Of a stretch of 64,000 nt of DNA, positions 35,258 to 44,005 are shown one piece after another. The translations under genes were made by a program, and so were the position numbers. The DNA is from Gemmatimonadales bacterium (GTDB lineage Bacteria > Gemmatimonadota > Gemmatimonadetes > Longimicrobiales > Gaopeijiaceae), in NCBI GenBank assembly GCA_020344755.1, contig CP070829.1, positions 472,973-536,972 of the forward strand, in the 5' to 3' direction. Each line of letters begins with the position of its first letter. Position 1 is the first letter of the stretch. The notes under the pieces were generated by a model. That model saw only the letters and a list, made by a program, of their open reading frames with translations. It searched no databases and was not told the DNA's origin.

Positions 35258-36367
35258 TCATAGGTGTGACTCCGAGACGGAGCGCCAGCGCTTTGAGCGC
35301 CGTCGGCGACCGTCCGCGCCCAGGAGCAAACAGGCGCAACCGGGGAGGGTCTCGATCAGTGCCACCGCCCGCGCCGGGTCCAGGACCAGGGCGGTGGTGG
35401 CCAGGGCGTCGGCCATCATGGCCGTGGGGGCCGCGACCGACGCGCTCAGGGTGTGGAGGGGGGATTGCCCGGTGGCGGTGTCCACCACGTGGTGCACGCT
35501 CCGGTCCTCCGTGAAGAAGTTCTCGTAGCCGCCGGAGGTGGCGATGGCCCCGTCCCGGAGCTCGGTGACCGCCGGGAATCCGTCCCGCTTCAGCGGATCC
35601 TGGACACCGATCCTCCACGGACGGCCCTCCGCGTTCGTCCCCGACGCCCGGATGTCGCCCCCGGCGTCGATGAGCCAACGGTCGAGGCCCCGCCGGAGGA
35701 GGACGTCGGCCATTCGGTCCACCACGTGCCCCTTGGCGATGCCGTCCAGGGTCAGTCCCATGCCCCCCTTCTCGAAGCGGATGGACCGTTCCTTCACTTT
35801 GAGCGCGGACATCCCCACCAGCGCTCTCGCCTCGCGGAGGTCCGCCTCGGGGACCGGTCCCCTGAGTTTCCAGCCCCGGAGCAGGTCCACCACCGGCTTC
35901 ACCGTGGCATCGAAGGCCCCGTGGCTGAGGCGGTGCATCTCCACCGCTCCCCGCACGACCCCGGAAAGCTCCGGGGGCGGATCGTCCAGCCCACCCCGCT
36001 GGTTCAGGATCGACACCGCAGACGTACCGTCGTGGCGATTGAGGAGGGACACCACCCGGTCCAGCTCGGTGAAGGCGTCACCCACCGCGGCGTCGGCCAG
36101 GTCCCGGGATGGGTGCACCAACGTCACCGACACCCGGGTCCGCATGGAGGGCGCGGACCAAGTCGCGCGACGCAGGCCCCGGCGCACCCGGACGTTCTCC
36201 TCCATCCGGGGCTCCGGATCGACGGTCCGGAAGCCCATTCCCGCCAGAACCGCACTCAGGTCGTTGCCGGGGCGGGACGGGGTCGAGGGGGACATGTGCG
36301 ACGCCGTCACAGAGGCGAAGCCTCGGGGAGCCCGGGATTCCGCATTGCGCTCCTGGCTGGTGGGCAT
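35258..36367 (-). CDS. apbE: FAD:protein FMN transferase
   Basis: LDGIAKG, DAGGDIR, PWRIGVQDP, AIATSGGYE, HHVVD, ADALATT; start uncertain. Confidence 0.85.
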   Translation of the reverse strand: MPTSQERNAESRAPRGFASVTASHMSPSTPSRPGNDLSAVLAGMGFRTVDPEPRMEENVRVRRGLRRATWSAPSMRTRVSVTLVHPSRDLADAAVGDAFTELDRVVSLLNRHDGTSAVSILNQRGGLDDPPPELSGVVRGAVEMHRLSHGAFDATVKPVVDLLRGWKLRGPVPEADLREARALVGMSALKVKERSIRFEKGGMGLTLDGIAKGHVVDRMADVLLRRGLDRWLIDAGGDIRASGTNAEGRPWRIGVQDPLKRDGFPAVTELRDGAIATSGGYENFFTEDRSVHHVVDTATGQSPLHTLSASVAAPTAMMADALATTALVLDPARAVALIETLPGCACLLLGADGRRRRSKRWRSVSESHL

Positions 36368-36573
36368 CTGGTCCTGTCTGCGTCCCTCTAGCGTGCCCTC
36401 GGCGTCCGGACCGCGCCATGGGAGAATGCCTGATGACCCTGTGGGGCCTCGCCGGGATCCCCGATCCGGGGGGGCGACAGAGCACCGGAGGGGCGCCACT
36501 CCGAGACCCGGCTCACGCACCCGGGAGTTTCCCCCTGCTTTCGAGTACGCGGCGGATGGCCGAGGTTCATGCC

Positions 36574-37530
36574 ATGAACCCGGAACACACCCTGGGCAAT
36601 CCGTTTCTCCCCACGGACACCGACCCCGGTATCCTGATCCTGGACGGCGGGCTTGCCACCGCCCTGGAGGCCCGGGGGTTCGACCTCGACGACCCCCTCT
36701 GGTCCGCCCGCCTCCTCATCGAGGCCCCGGACGCCATCCGGCAGGTCCACGGCGACTTCCTGGCAGCCGGCGCGGACTGCATCGCCACGGTCAGCTACCA
36801 GGCCAGCCTCCAGGGATTCGGGAAGCGGGGGATCGGCCGCGACGAGGGGCTGGAGTTGCTTCGACTGGCCACCCGGCTGGCCGTGGAGGCTCGGGACGAC
36901 TTCTGGAGCGTCGTCGAGAGACGGATCGGACGGCGCCGGCCCCTGGTGGCGGCGAGCGTGGGTCCGTACGGGGCCTACCTGGCGGATGGCTCGGAGTACA
37001 CCGGGGACTACCGCGCCACGGAGGCGGAGCTGTACGACTTCCATCGAGAGCGGTGGCATCTCTTCGCCGACGGCCCGGCGGACCTCCTGGCGTGCGAGAC
37101 GATTCCCTCCCGCCGTGAGGTGGGGGTGATTCTGCAGTTGCTTAGAGAGACCCCCCGTCGCCAGGCGTGGCTCAGCGTCAGCTGCCGCGACGCGGCCCAC
37201 CTCTCCGATGGTACTCCGGTGGGCGAAGTCGCCCGCCTGTGCGATTCGGTCCCAAACCTGGTCGCTGTGGGGATGAATTGCACCAAGCCGGAGTTCATCG
37301 AGCCCCTCCTGCGCGAGCTCGGCCGCCATACGGGCAAACCCCTCATCGCCTACCCCAACGCCGGTGAGGATTACCGGGCCGAGTCCCGGACCTGGGCGCC
37401 CCCCGCGTCGCCGGTGGACTGGGGCCGGGAGGCGCGCCGGTGGATCCAGGCCGGCGCCCGGGGGGTCGGGGGATGCTGCCGAGTGGGCCCCCGGGAGATC
37501 CACGCCTTGAGGAACAGTCTGGCTATCTAA
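36574..37530 (+). CDS. mmuM: Homocysteine S-methyltransferase
   Basis: ILDGGLAT, VAASVGPYGAYLADGSEYTG, ACETIP, GMNCT, YPNAGE, GGCCRVGP (Zn ligands). Confidence 0.92.
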   Translation: MNPEHTLGNPFLPTDTDPGILILDGGLATALEARGFDLDDPLWSARLLIEAPDAIRQVHGDFLAAGADCIATVSYQASLQGFGKRGIGRDEGLELLRLATRLAVEARDDFWSVVERRIGRRRPLVAASVGPYGAYLADGSEYTGDYRATEAELYDFHRERWHLFADGPADLLACETIPSRREVGVILQLLRETPRRQAWLSVSCRDAAHLSDGTPVGEVARLCDSVPNLVAVGMNCTKPEFIEPLLRELGRHTGKPLIAYPNAGEDYRAESRTWAPPASPVDWGREARRWIQAGARGVGGCCRVGPREIHALRNSLAI

Positions 37531-37582
37531 CCTCGGGCCGGGCCATAGAGGACCCGAGGCGTCCAGATGGGGAGGCTGTGAA

Positions 37583-37636
37583 GCCCCCGCTTCCGCCTCC
37601 GCCCCCGCCTACGCCTCCACCTCCACCTCCACCTCC
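37583..37636. repeat. Imperfect hexanucleotide tandem repeat (RCCTCC)9
   Basis: gccccc gcttcc gcctcc gccccc gcctac gcctcc acctcc acctcc acctcc. Confidence 0.8.
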
Positions 37637-37764
37637 GGCTCGATACAGGGAGCGCCGACGGATCCCCTTTCCGAACGGTCCTGCCCCCGGTCTCGTATCC
37701 CTAGAGGCCCCCCGATCGAGCCGGACGGCCCGCCGGGTCGGGAGGCTCACCTGGAGGAGGCACG

Positions 37765-38310
37765 ATGGCCCACGAGCTCGAGAGGCTGACCACCGGATCC
37801 ACCACGTACTGGAAATATGTGTTCCCCACGACGTGGATCACCGCCCTGGGTGGCTTCAACGTCGCCATGTGGCTCGACCTGATCGGCTCGCCGCCGGCCC
37901 CCCTGCCCGCGAAGGTCGCCATTCTCGGCCTCTGGCTGGCCTTCTCCCCGTTCTTCGTCTGGTGGAGCACGCAGATGCGCCACGTCTGGACGGACGGAGA
38001 CCACCTCATCGTACGGCCGCACGGCTCGGACGTCCGGATTCCCCTCTCCGAGATCGTCGAGGTGCGGGAGAGCCGCTACCGCCGCGTGAAGGAGATCACC
38101 ATCGAGCTCCGACGGAGCACCCCCGGGGTGGGTAGGAAGATCGTGTTTCCCGCCCCGTTCATCCTGCAGAAGCCCTGGAGCGACCATCCTGTCGTCGCGC
38201 GCATCAGGGAGATGAAGCGACTGCAGGCGGGGGTGTCCGGCGCGGAGCGGATCAGCGCTTCGGCGGTCTCCGGGAGCGGGGCGGAAGACCGAGGGCGAGG
38301 CCGGGGCTGA
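37765..38310 (+). CDS. Hypothetical membrane protein (two TM plus possible PH-like domain)
   Basis: GGAGG RBS; two hydrophobic segments, then a beta-rich tail (RIPLSEIVEV). Confidence 0.72.
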   Translation: MAHELERLTTGSTTYWKYVFPTTWITALGGFNVAMWLDLIGSPPAPLPAKVAILGLWLAFSPFFVWWSTQMRHVWTDGDHLIVRPHGSDVRIPLSEIVEVRESRYRRVKEITIELRRSTPGVGRKIVFPAPFILQKPWSDHPVVARIREMKRLQAGVSGAERISASAVSGSGAEDRGRGRG

Positions 38311-38540
38311 GCAGGAGGCCGGGACTGAGCACGAAGCTGGCAGGGTTCTGACTCAGCGAGGTCATCGGACTCCTCGAGCGGCGAGGCAGCCGCGAATCCC
38401 CGCAGGCCTCGGGCGCCCTCTTGTGTATACAAACACGACTGTATACGATTACGACACACTGGCCGTACCGGCCTCCGGTCTCGACCCGTGCGGCGTAGAT
38501 GCGCCGTGGGCCCCGACCGGGCTTGCCAAGACGAGGGGAC

Positions 38541-38861
38541 ATGGGACGGGAGTCCATCGGAGAACTGGAGCACCTCATCCTGCTGGCCATCGCGGCTCTG
38601 GACGCGAACGCCGGCGCGCTTGCGATCCGCCGCCGACTGGAGACGGAAGGTCGCGGAATCACGAGAGGGGCTCTCTACCGCTCCCTCGACCGGCTGGGCG
38701 AGAAGGAGCTCATCGTCTGGGAGGTGGAGGAGCCGGCGGCAGACCGCGGGGGGCACGTTCGCCGCGTCTACGGTCTCTCTCCCGACGGGCTGGACGCCAT
38801 CCGTGAACGACGGGCCACTCTGGAGAGACTCTGGGCCGACGCCGCGGAGGTCGTCCGGTGA
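38541..38861 (+). CDS. PadR family transcriptional regulator
   Basis: GELEHLILLAI, GALYRSLDRLGEKELI, RGGHVRRVY; GAGGGG RBS. Confidence 0.9.
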   Translation: MGRESIGELEHLILLAIAALDANAGALAIRRRLETEGRGITRGALYRSLDRLGEKELIVWEVEEPAADRGGHVRRVYGLSPDGLDAIRERRATLERLWADAAEVVR

Positions 38862-41563
38862 GTCAACGCCCCGGCGCACCCCGTCCTCCTCGACGCCTGA
38901 CGTCACTGCTCGCGCGCGTGATCCCGGATGGCGCGGCCGGCGCCTCGTCGGTGCTGGGCGACTTGTATGAGGAGTATCTCCGCCTCCGTGCGCGCCGCGG
39001 AAGGGTCGCGGCGGACCTCTGGTATGCCGCCCAGGTGGTCGCCCTCGGCCTCCCCTGGGGCTTCGCGGCGGTCCGGAGGACGCTGTCCGAGCTCCTGGCG
39101 GGCCTCGCACTCGATGTTCGCTCCAGCCTCCGGGGGCTGCGTCGACAACCGGCCCTCATTGTCGTCTCCGTGCTCTCCCTGTCCCTGGGCTCGGGACTCG
39201 TGACCGCGGCTGCCACCATGGTGAACGGTGCGTGGTACGCCCCCCTTCCCTGGGCCGCCGCCGAGCGGATGGTGGATCTCGCAGATACTCATCCCACGGA
39301 GATCCCGGCGGGCTTTACCCCCGGCACCTCGCTGCGGGCGTTCGAACGTTGGCGGACCGACCTCCCGCAGGGCGTGTTCGAGCGGCTGGAGGCAAGGATG
39401 CGGGCGTGGGTCCCCGTCCGGACTGGAGGGATGGCTCCATCCACGGTGCGGGCGATCCGTGTATCCGGCGGATACACCGACCTGCTCGAGCTCCAAGCCA
39501 GCACCGGGCGGCTCGTCTCGCCCACGGACGTGGAGCCCGGCGCCGACCCGGTGGTGGTCCTGTCGGACGGGCTGTGGCGGGCGGCGTTCGGGGAGTCCAC
39601 GGACGCCATCGGACGCACCCTGGACGTCGACGGGGTGGGACACACCGTGATCGGTGTCCTGCGCGCCGATGCCCGGACCCTGGAGGACGCGGAGCTCATC
39701 CTTCCCCTGCCCCCCGCGGGATCCGAAGCCACCTTCGCCCAGAGGGGCGTCCAGGTGCTGGGAGTCCTGGCGGAGGGCGTCTCCGTGGAAGCCGCCGACG
39801 CGGCGCTGGCATCGCTGGCCTCGGGATTGTATGCCGATGCGGAGGAGCTGACCCCAGGGTGGTCGGCTTCGGCGACCCCCCTTCGCACGGTGCTCGCGCG
39901 CCGTGGGGTGCCCCCCATGGGCGCCGTGGCGCTGGTCCTTCTCTGTCTCGTCGTGCTGTTGGTGGCCACGCTCAACCTGGCCTCCCTCCTTCTCGCCCGG
40001 ACGACGCAGCGAACCCGGGAGTTCGGAGTGCGGGCCGCTCTGGGTGCTGGTACCGCCCAGGTGGCCCGGGCCAGCCTCATGGACGGCCTCCTCCTCGCTG
40101 GAGCCGGGGGCCTCCTGGGGCTGGTGGTGGTGGTCCTGGCGAGGGATGCAGCCGTGGCTCGCTTCGCCGCCGAGATCCCGTCCTGGGCCAGCTTCCCCAT
40201 CGACCTCAGGGTCCTGGCGGCGACCCTCCTGGCGACCACGCTGACGGCGGTGCTCGTCGGCCTGCTGCCCATCGTGCGGGCCTTGGCCATCGGCCGAGGA
40301 GCGGGACTCGCCCGATCCGCGACCGGTCAGTCGGGTCGGAGCTCGTCCCGCGGGCAGAACCTCCTGCTGGGAGCGCAGATCGTCTTCGCCCTGGTGCTGG
40401 TGGCGGCCAGCGCGGGCGCACTGCGGACCTTCTCCCGCGTGAGCGACTTCGACCGGCTCGGATACCGGTGGGAAGGGTTGACCGGGGTCAACGTATCCCC
40501 CGTGGAAGGGGATGGCCCCTGGGTCGTGGCCCGCACTGCCGAAGCGCTGGACCGGGCCTCAGAGCTGGATCCTCGGGTGCAGGCGCACGCCACCAACCGG
40601 TCCCTCCGCCTGGCCGGGGCGGATGCTGTCGGAGAGGGCACCCTCGTCCGGATCGGGGGCTTCCCCGAGGCCCTTTTCGGATCGTCGGTACCGAGTGCGT
40701 CTCGTGCCGTGGGCCCGGGCTACTTCGAGCTCAACGAGATCCCCATCCTCGCTGGACGGGCCATCACCGAGGCCGATGGCGCCGCATCGCCGCCGGTGGC
40801 GGTGGTCTCGCTCGATGCGGCCCGGGCCATGTGGCCCGACCGCGCCCCGGAGTCCGTGCTGGGAGAACTCGTCGAGCTCGAGCGGGAAGGGCGCCGCTCG
40901 AACTTCACCGTGGTCGGCGTGTCGGGACCGGTGATCCTCGATCCGACGACCACAGGGGATCGCACGGTCCCAAGCCTCTACCCGTCGATCCTGCAGACCC
41001 CGGACGTGCTCTTTGGCGATGCGGCTTCGGCAATCCAGCTCCAGGTCAGCACCGAGGGTGCTCCGCCCACCCTGCAGGAGTGGACGGCCTGGGTGAACGA
41101 GGTGCTCCCCGGCGCCCAGGTCGCCCAGGTCTTCGAGGTCGAAAGGATTCTGCGCCAGTGGGTGCGGCCCATCGGGGTGATGGGGTCCGTCCTCGGCGTT
41201 CTGGCGGCGCTCGTCCTGGCCCTGGTCGCCATCGGGATCTACGGGACGGTCTCCTACCGGATCGCTTCGACCCGTCGGGAGATCGGGATCCGGCTCGCCC
41301 TCGGCGCCGATGCGGGCAAGGTGGTGGGGGCCGTCGTTCGTCCCGTCGCCCGAGTCGTCCTGGCAGCTCTCTTGCTGGGAGCGGTCTTGGCCCTCGCCTC
41401 CGGCCGGGTCCTGTCCGCTGGCGGGATCCCCGTGGGTCAGGGAGACGCCGCGACGCTGGCGCTGGGGGTGGTCCTCATGATCGGCGCCGCGGCGGGCGCC
41501 GCCCTGGGCCCGCTTCGGCGCGCGTTGGCCATCGATCCGTCCCTGTCGTTGCGGGAGGAGTAG
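38858..41563 (+). CDS. ADOP-type duplicated ABC permease (MacB/FtsX-like)
   Basis: GTGA overlap with padR; DVRSSLRGLRRQP, VVVLSDGLWR, RTREFGVRAALGAG, TRREIGIRLALGA, IDPSLSLREE. Confidence 0.88.
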   Translation: MSQRPGAPRPPRRLTSLLARVIPDGAAGASSVLGDLYEEYLRLRARRGRVAADLWYAAQVVALGLPWGFAAVRRTLSELLAGLALDVRSSLRGLRRQPALIVVSVLSLSLGSGLVTAAATMVNGAWYAPLPWAAAERMVDLADTHPTEIPAGFTPGTSLRAFERWRTDLPQGVFERLEARMRAWVPVRTGGMAPSTVRAIRVSGGYTDLLELQASTGRLVSPTDVEPGADPVVVLSDGLWRAAFGESTDAIGRTLDVDGVGHTVIGVLRADARTLEDAELILPLPPAGSEATFAQRGVQVLGVLAEGVSVEAADAALASLASGLYADAEELTPGWSASATPLRTVLARRGVPPMGAVALVLLCLVVLLVATLNLASLLLARTTQRTREFGVRAALGAGTAQVARASLMDGLLLAGAGGLLGLVVVVLARDAAVARFAAEIPSWASFPIDLRVLAATLLATTLTAVLVGLLPIVRALAIGRGAGLARSATGQSGRSSSRGQNLLLGAQIVFALVLVAASAGALRTFSRVSDFDRLGYRWEGLTGVNVSPVEGDGPWVVARTAEALDRASELDPRVQAHATNRSLRLAGADAVGEGTLVRIGGFPEALFGSSVPSASRAVGPGYFELNEIPILAGRAITEADGAASPPVAVVSLDAARAMWPDRAPESVLGELVELEREGRRSNFTVVGVSGPVILDPTTTGDRTVPSLYPSILQTPDVLFGDAASAIQLQVSTEGAPPTLQEWTAWVNEVLPGAQVAQVFEVERILRQWVRPIGVMGSVLGVLAALVLALVAIGIYGTVSYRIASTRREIGIRLALGADAGKVVGAVVRPVARVVLAALLLGAVLALASGRVLSAGGIPVGQGDAATLALGVVLMIGAAAGAALGPLRRALAIDPSLSLREE

Positions 41564-41601
41564 GGTCCGGCGCCTGACAGTCCGACCACGAGCCGATGCC
41601 G

Positions 41602-43899
41602 TCACCGGACGTGGAAGCTCGTCCGTTCCGTGGCAGTGGAATCCCCGCCAACGAAGGCCACGAACTCACCGGGCTCCACGTCCCAGACTCCCCGGGCGGT
41701 GTAGAAGGCCAGATCCTGGGCACGCACGGTGAAGTGCACCGTCGTCGCCTCCCCAGGGTCCAGTTCCACCCGCTCGAATCCTTTCAACTCCCGCACGGGG
41801 CGGGCCCGGCTTCCCACCACATCCCGGATATAGAGCTGCGCCACGTCGGATCCGCTGCGATCACCGGTGTTCCGGACATCCACGCTGATGGTCACCTGGC
41901 CATCGGGGGACACCTCGGAGCGATCGGCCCGCACGTTGGAGTAGGAGAACGTCGTGTAGCTCAGCCCGTATCCGAAGGGGTAGAGCGGCTCGTTGGGAGC
42001 ATCGGTGTAGTGGGACCAGAACACCGTGCCGGGATCCACGGGGCGACCCGTGTTGAAATGGTTGTAGTAGATGGGCACCTGCCCCGTCACCCGGGGGAAG
42101 GAGACGGGCAGCTTTCCCGACGGGTTGTGGGCACCGAAGAGCACCTCCGCGATGGCGTGCCCCGCCTCGGATCCCAGATGCCAGGCCTCCACGATGGCCG
42201 GCGCGTGCTCCGCCACCCAGGGGATGGCCAGCGGGCGCCCGTTCATGAGGACCACCACCACGTTCGGGTTCACCGCCAGCACCTCCCGGAGCAGCGCCTC
42301 CTGCTGGCCCTTCAGGGTCAGGTCGGCCACACTCCGGGCCTCCCCGGACTGGAACGCCTCTTCACCGAGCGCCATGACGACCACGTCGGCCCCCGCGGCG
42401 ACCCGCACCGCCTCGGCGAATCCGCTCCGGTCCTCGGCGTCCAGGGCCAGGTCCTGGATGAAGGATCGCTGCCCGATCCCGAGCTTGTAGCCCTCGGCGT
42501 AGCTGACGGTCGTCCCGGCACCGACGGCGGCCTCGACGCCCTCCAGCAGGGAGACGGCGGAGTTCGGGATGGCCTGGGCCCGCCAGGACCCCAGCGGCGC
42601 ATCCTTGTCCGCCGCCAGCGCACCGATCACCGCGATGGACCGGCCTTCCGGCGGGAGGGGAAGGAGGCGGTCCTGGTTCTTCAAGAGGACGATGGATTTC
42701 CGGGCTACGTCCCGGGCCAACGCCAGGTGCTCCGGGCTCAGCAGGAGGTCGGCCTCCCTCTCCGGGTCCGAGTACCGGTACGGGTCGTCGAAGAGCCCCA
42801 GGGCGAACTTCACCCGGAGAACGCGCCGGACGGCGTCGTCCAGGAGGGCCTCGTCCACCGCTCCCGATTCGATCAACCTCTCCAGGTGGGCCCGGTAGGC
42901 GTCGGACTCCATGTCCATGTCGCTCCCCGCCGAAAGGGCCAGCCGGGCCGCCGCGGCCGGGTCCTCGGCCACGCCGTGGGTGGTCATCTCGAGGATGGAT
43001 TGCCAGTCGGACACCACGAACCCCGGAAAGCCCCAATCCCCCTTGAGAACGTCCCGCTGGAGGTAGGCGCTGGCCGTGACGGGGATCCCGTCGAGCACGT
43101 TGAAGCCGTTCATGACGCTGGCCACGCCCGCCCCCACGGCCGCCTGGAAGGGGGGGAGGATGGTGTTCCAGAGGGTGGCCGTACCCACGTCCACGGTGTT
43201 GTACTCTCGGCCCGCCTCGGCGAAGCCGTATCCGGCGAAGTGCTTGGCCGTGGCCGCGATGGAGCTCAGATCCGCCAGGTCATCCCCCTGGAAGCCGCGC
43301 ACCCGGGCGGCAGCCACCAGCGATCCCAGGTACGGGTCCTCCCCCGCCCCCTCCATCACCCGGCCCCAGCGGGCGTCCCGTCCGATATCGACCATGGGCG
43401 CGAAGGTCCACTGGATACCGGCGGCGGCGGCCTCCCGGGCCGCCACCCGGGCCGAGGCGCGGATCGCCTCCAGATCCCAGCTCGCCGTCTCGGCCAGGGG
43501 GATGGGGAACATGGTCCGATAGCCGTGGATCACATCCAGCCCGAACAGGAGCGGGATGCCCAGGCGGCTTCCTTCCACCGCCAACTGCTGGGCGCTCCGG
43601 GTGGCTTCAGCCCCGGTCACGTTCAGCATGGAGCCCACCCGGCCTTCACGGATCCGCTCGTACCGCCTCCCGGCCTCCCCGTCGTCCGGTGGCGGACCGG
43701 TCAGGTCGAAGGTGTTCGAGTACTGGTTGAGCTGGCCTACCTTCTCCGCCACCGTCATCCGCGCCAGTAGCTCGTCGATCCGCCGCTCCCTCTCGGCATC
43801 CATCAGGGGATGACCGGACGAGGCCGACTGGGCGGACAGGTTCGAGGCGATGACGCAGAGCGTCACCAGGGAGGAGAGGAGCGGTCTGAGGGTACGCAC
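41602..43899 (-). CDS. bglX: GH3 beta-glucosidase (BglX-like)
   Basis: AAGGTGAG RBS before the GTG; MTVAEKVGQL, RDARWGR, GEDPYL, KHFAGYG, VVSDW nucleophile, PSGKLPVSFP, YPFGYGLSYT, QLYIRD, ELKGF. Confidence 0.93.
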   Translation of the reverse strand: MRTLRPLLSSLVTLCVIASNLSAQSASSGHPLMDAERERRIDELLARMTVAEKVGQLNQYSNTFDLTGPPPDDGEAGRRYERIREGRVGSMLNVTGAEATRSAQQLAVEGSRLGIPLLFGLDVIHGYRTMFPIPLAETASWDLEAIRASARVAAREAAAAGIQWTFAPMVDIGRDARWGRVMEGAGEDPYLGSLVAAARVRGFQGDDLADLSSIAATAKHFAGYGFAEAGREYNTVDVGTATLWNTILPPFQAAVGAGVASVMNGFNVLDGIPVTASAYLQRDVLKGDWGFPGFVVSDWQSILEMTTHGVAEDPAAAARLALSAGSDMDMESDAYRAHLERLIESGAVDEALLDDAVRRVLRVKFALGLFDDPYRYSDPEREADLLLSPEHLALARDVARKSIVLLKNQDRLLPLPPEGRSIAVIGALAADKDAPLGSWRAQAIPNSAVSLLEGVEAAVGAGTTVSYAEGYKLGIGQRSFIQDLALDAEDRSGFAEAVRVAAGADVVVMALGEEAFQSGEARSVADLTLKGQQEALLREVLAVNPNVVVVLMNGRPLAIPWVAEHAPAIVEAWHLGSEAGHAIAEVLFGAHNPSGKLPVSFPRVTGQVPIYYNHFNTGRPVDPGTVFWSHYTDAPNEPLYPFGYGLSYTTFSYSNVRADRSEVSPDGQVTISVDVRNTGDRSGSDVAQLYIRDVVGSRARPVRELKGFERVELDPGEATTVHFTVRAQDLAFYTARGVWDVEPGEFVAFVGGDSTATERTSFHVR

Positions 43900-44005
43900 G
43901 TGTGAACTCACCTTACATGGGGGGACGGAGCGCGGTGCTGGGCGCGTCGGCTCCGAGACTGGGGATTTCCTCACCGTCCGGGCAAGGACGGGTCTCTCGA
44001 CCCGC

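Noticed and set aside
36368-36573. SAM or SAH riboswitch upstream of mmuM
   Set aside because: No recognisable SAM-I, SAM-II or SAH consensus elements. An Infernal/Rfam scan would be decisive.
38423-38806. Alternative 127-aa ORF overlapping padR
   Set aside because: The PadR frame has clear motifs and an RBS; this frame has none.
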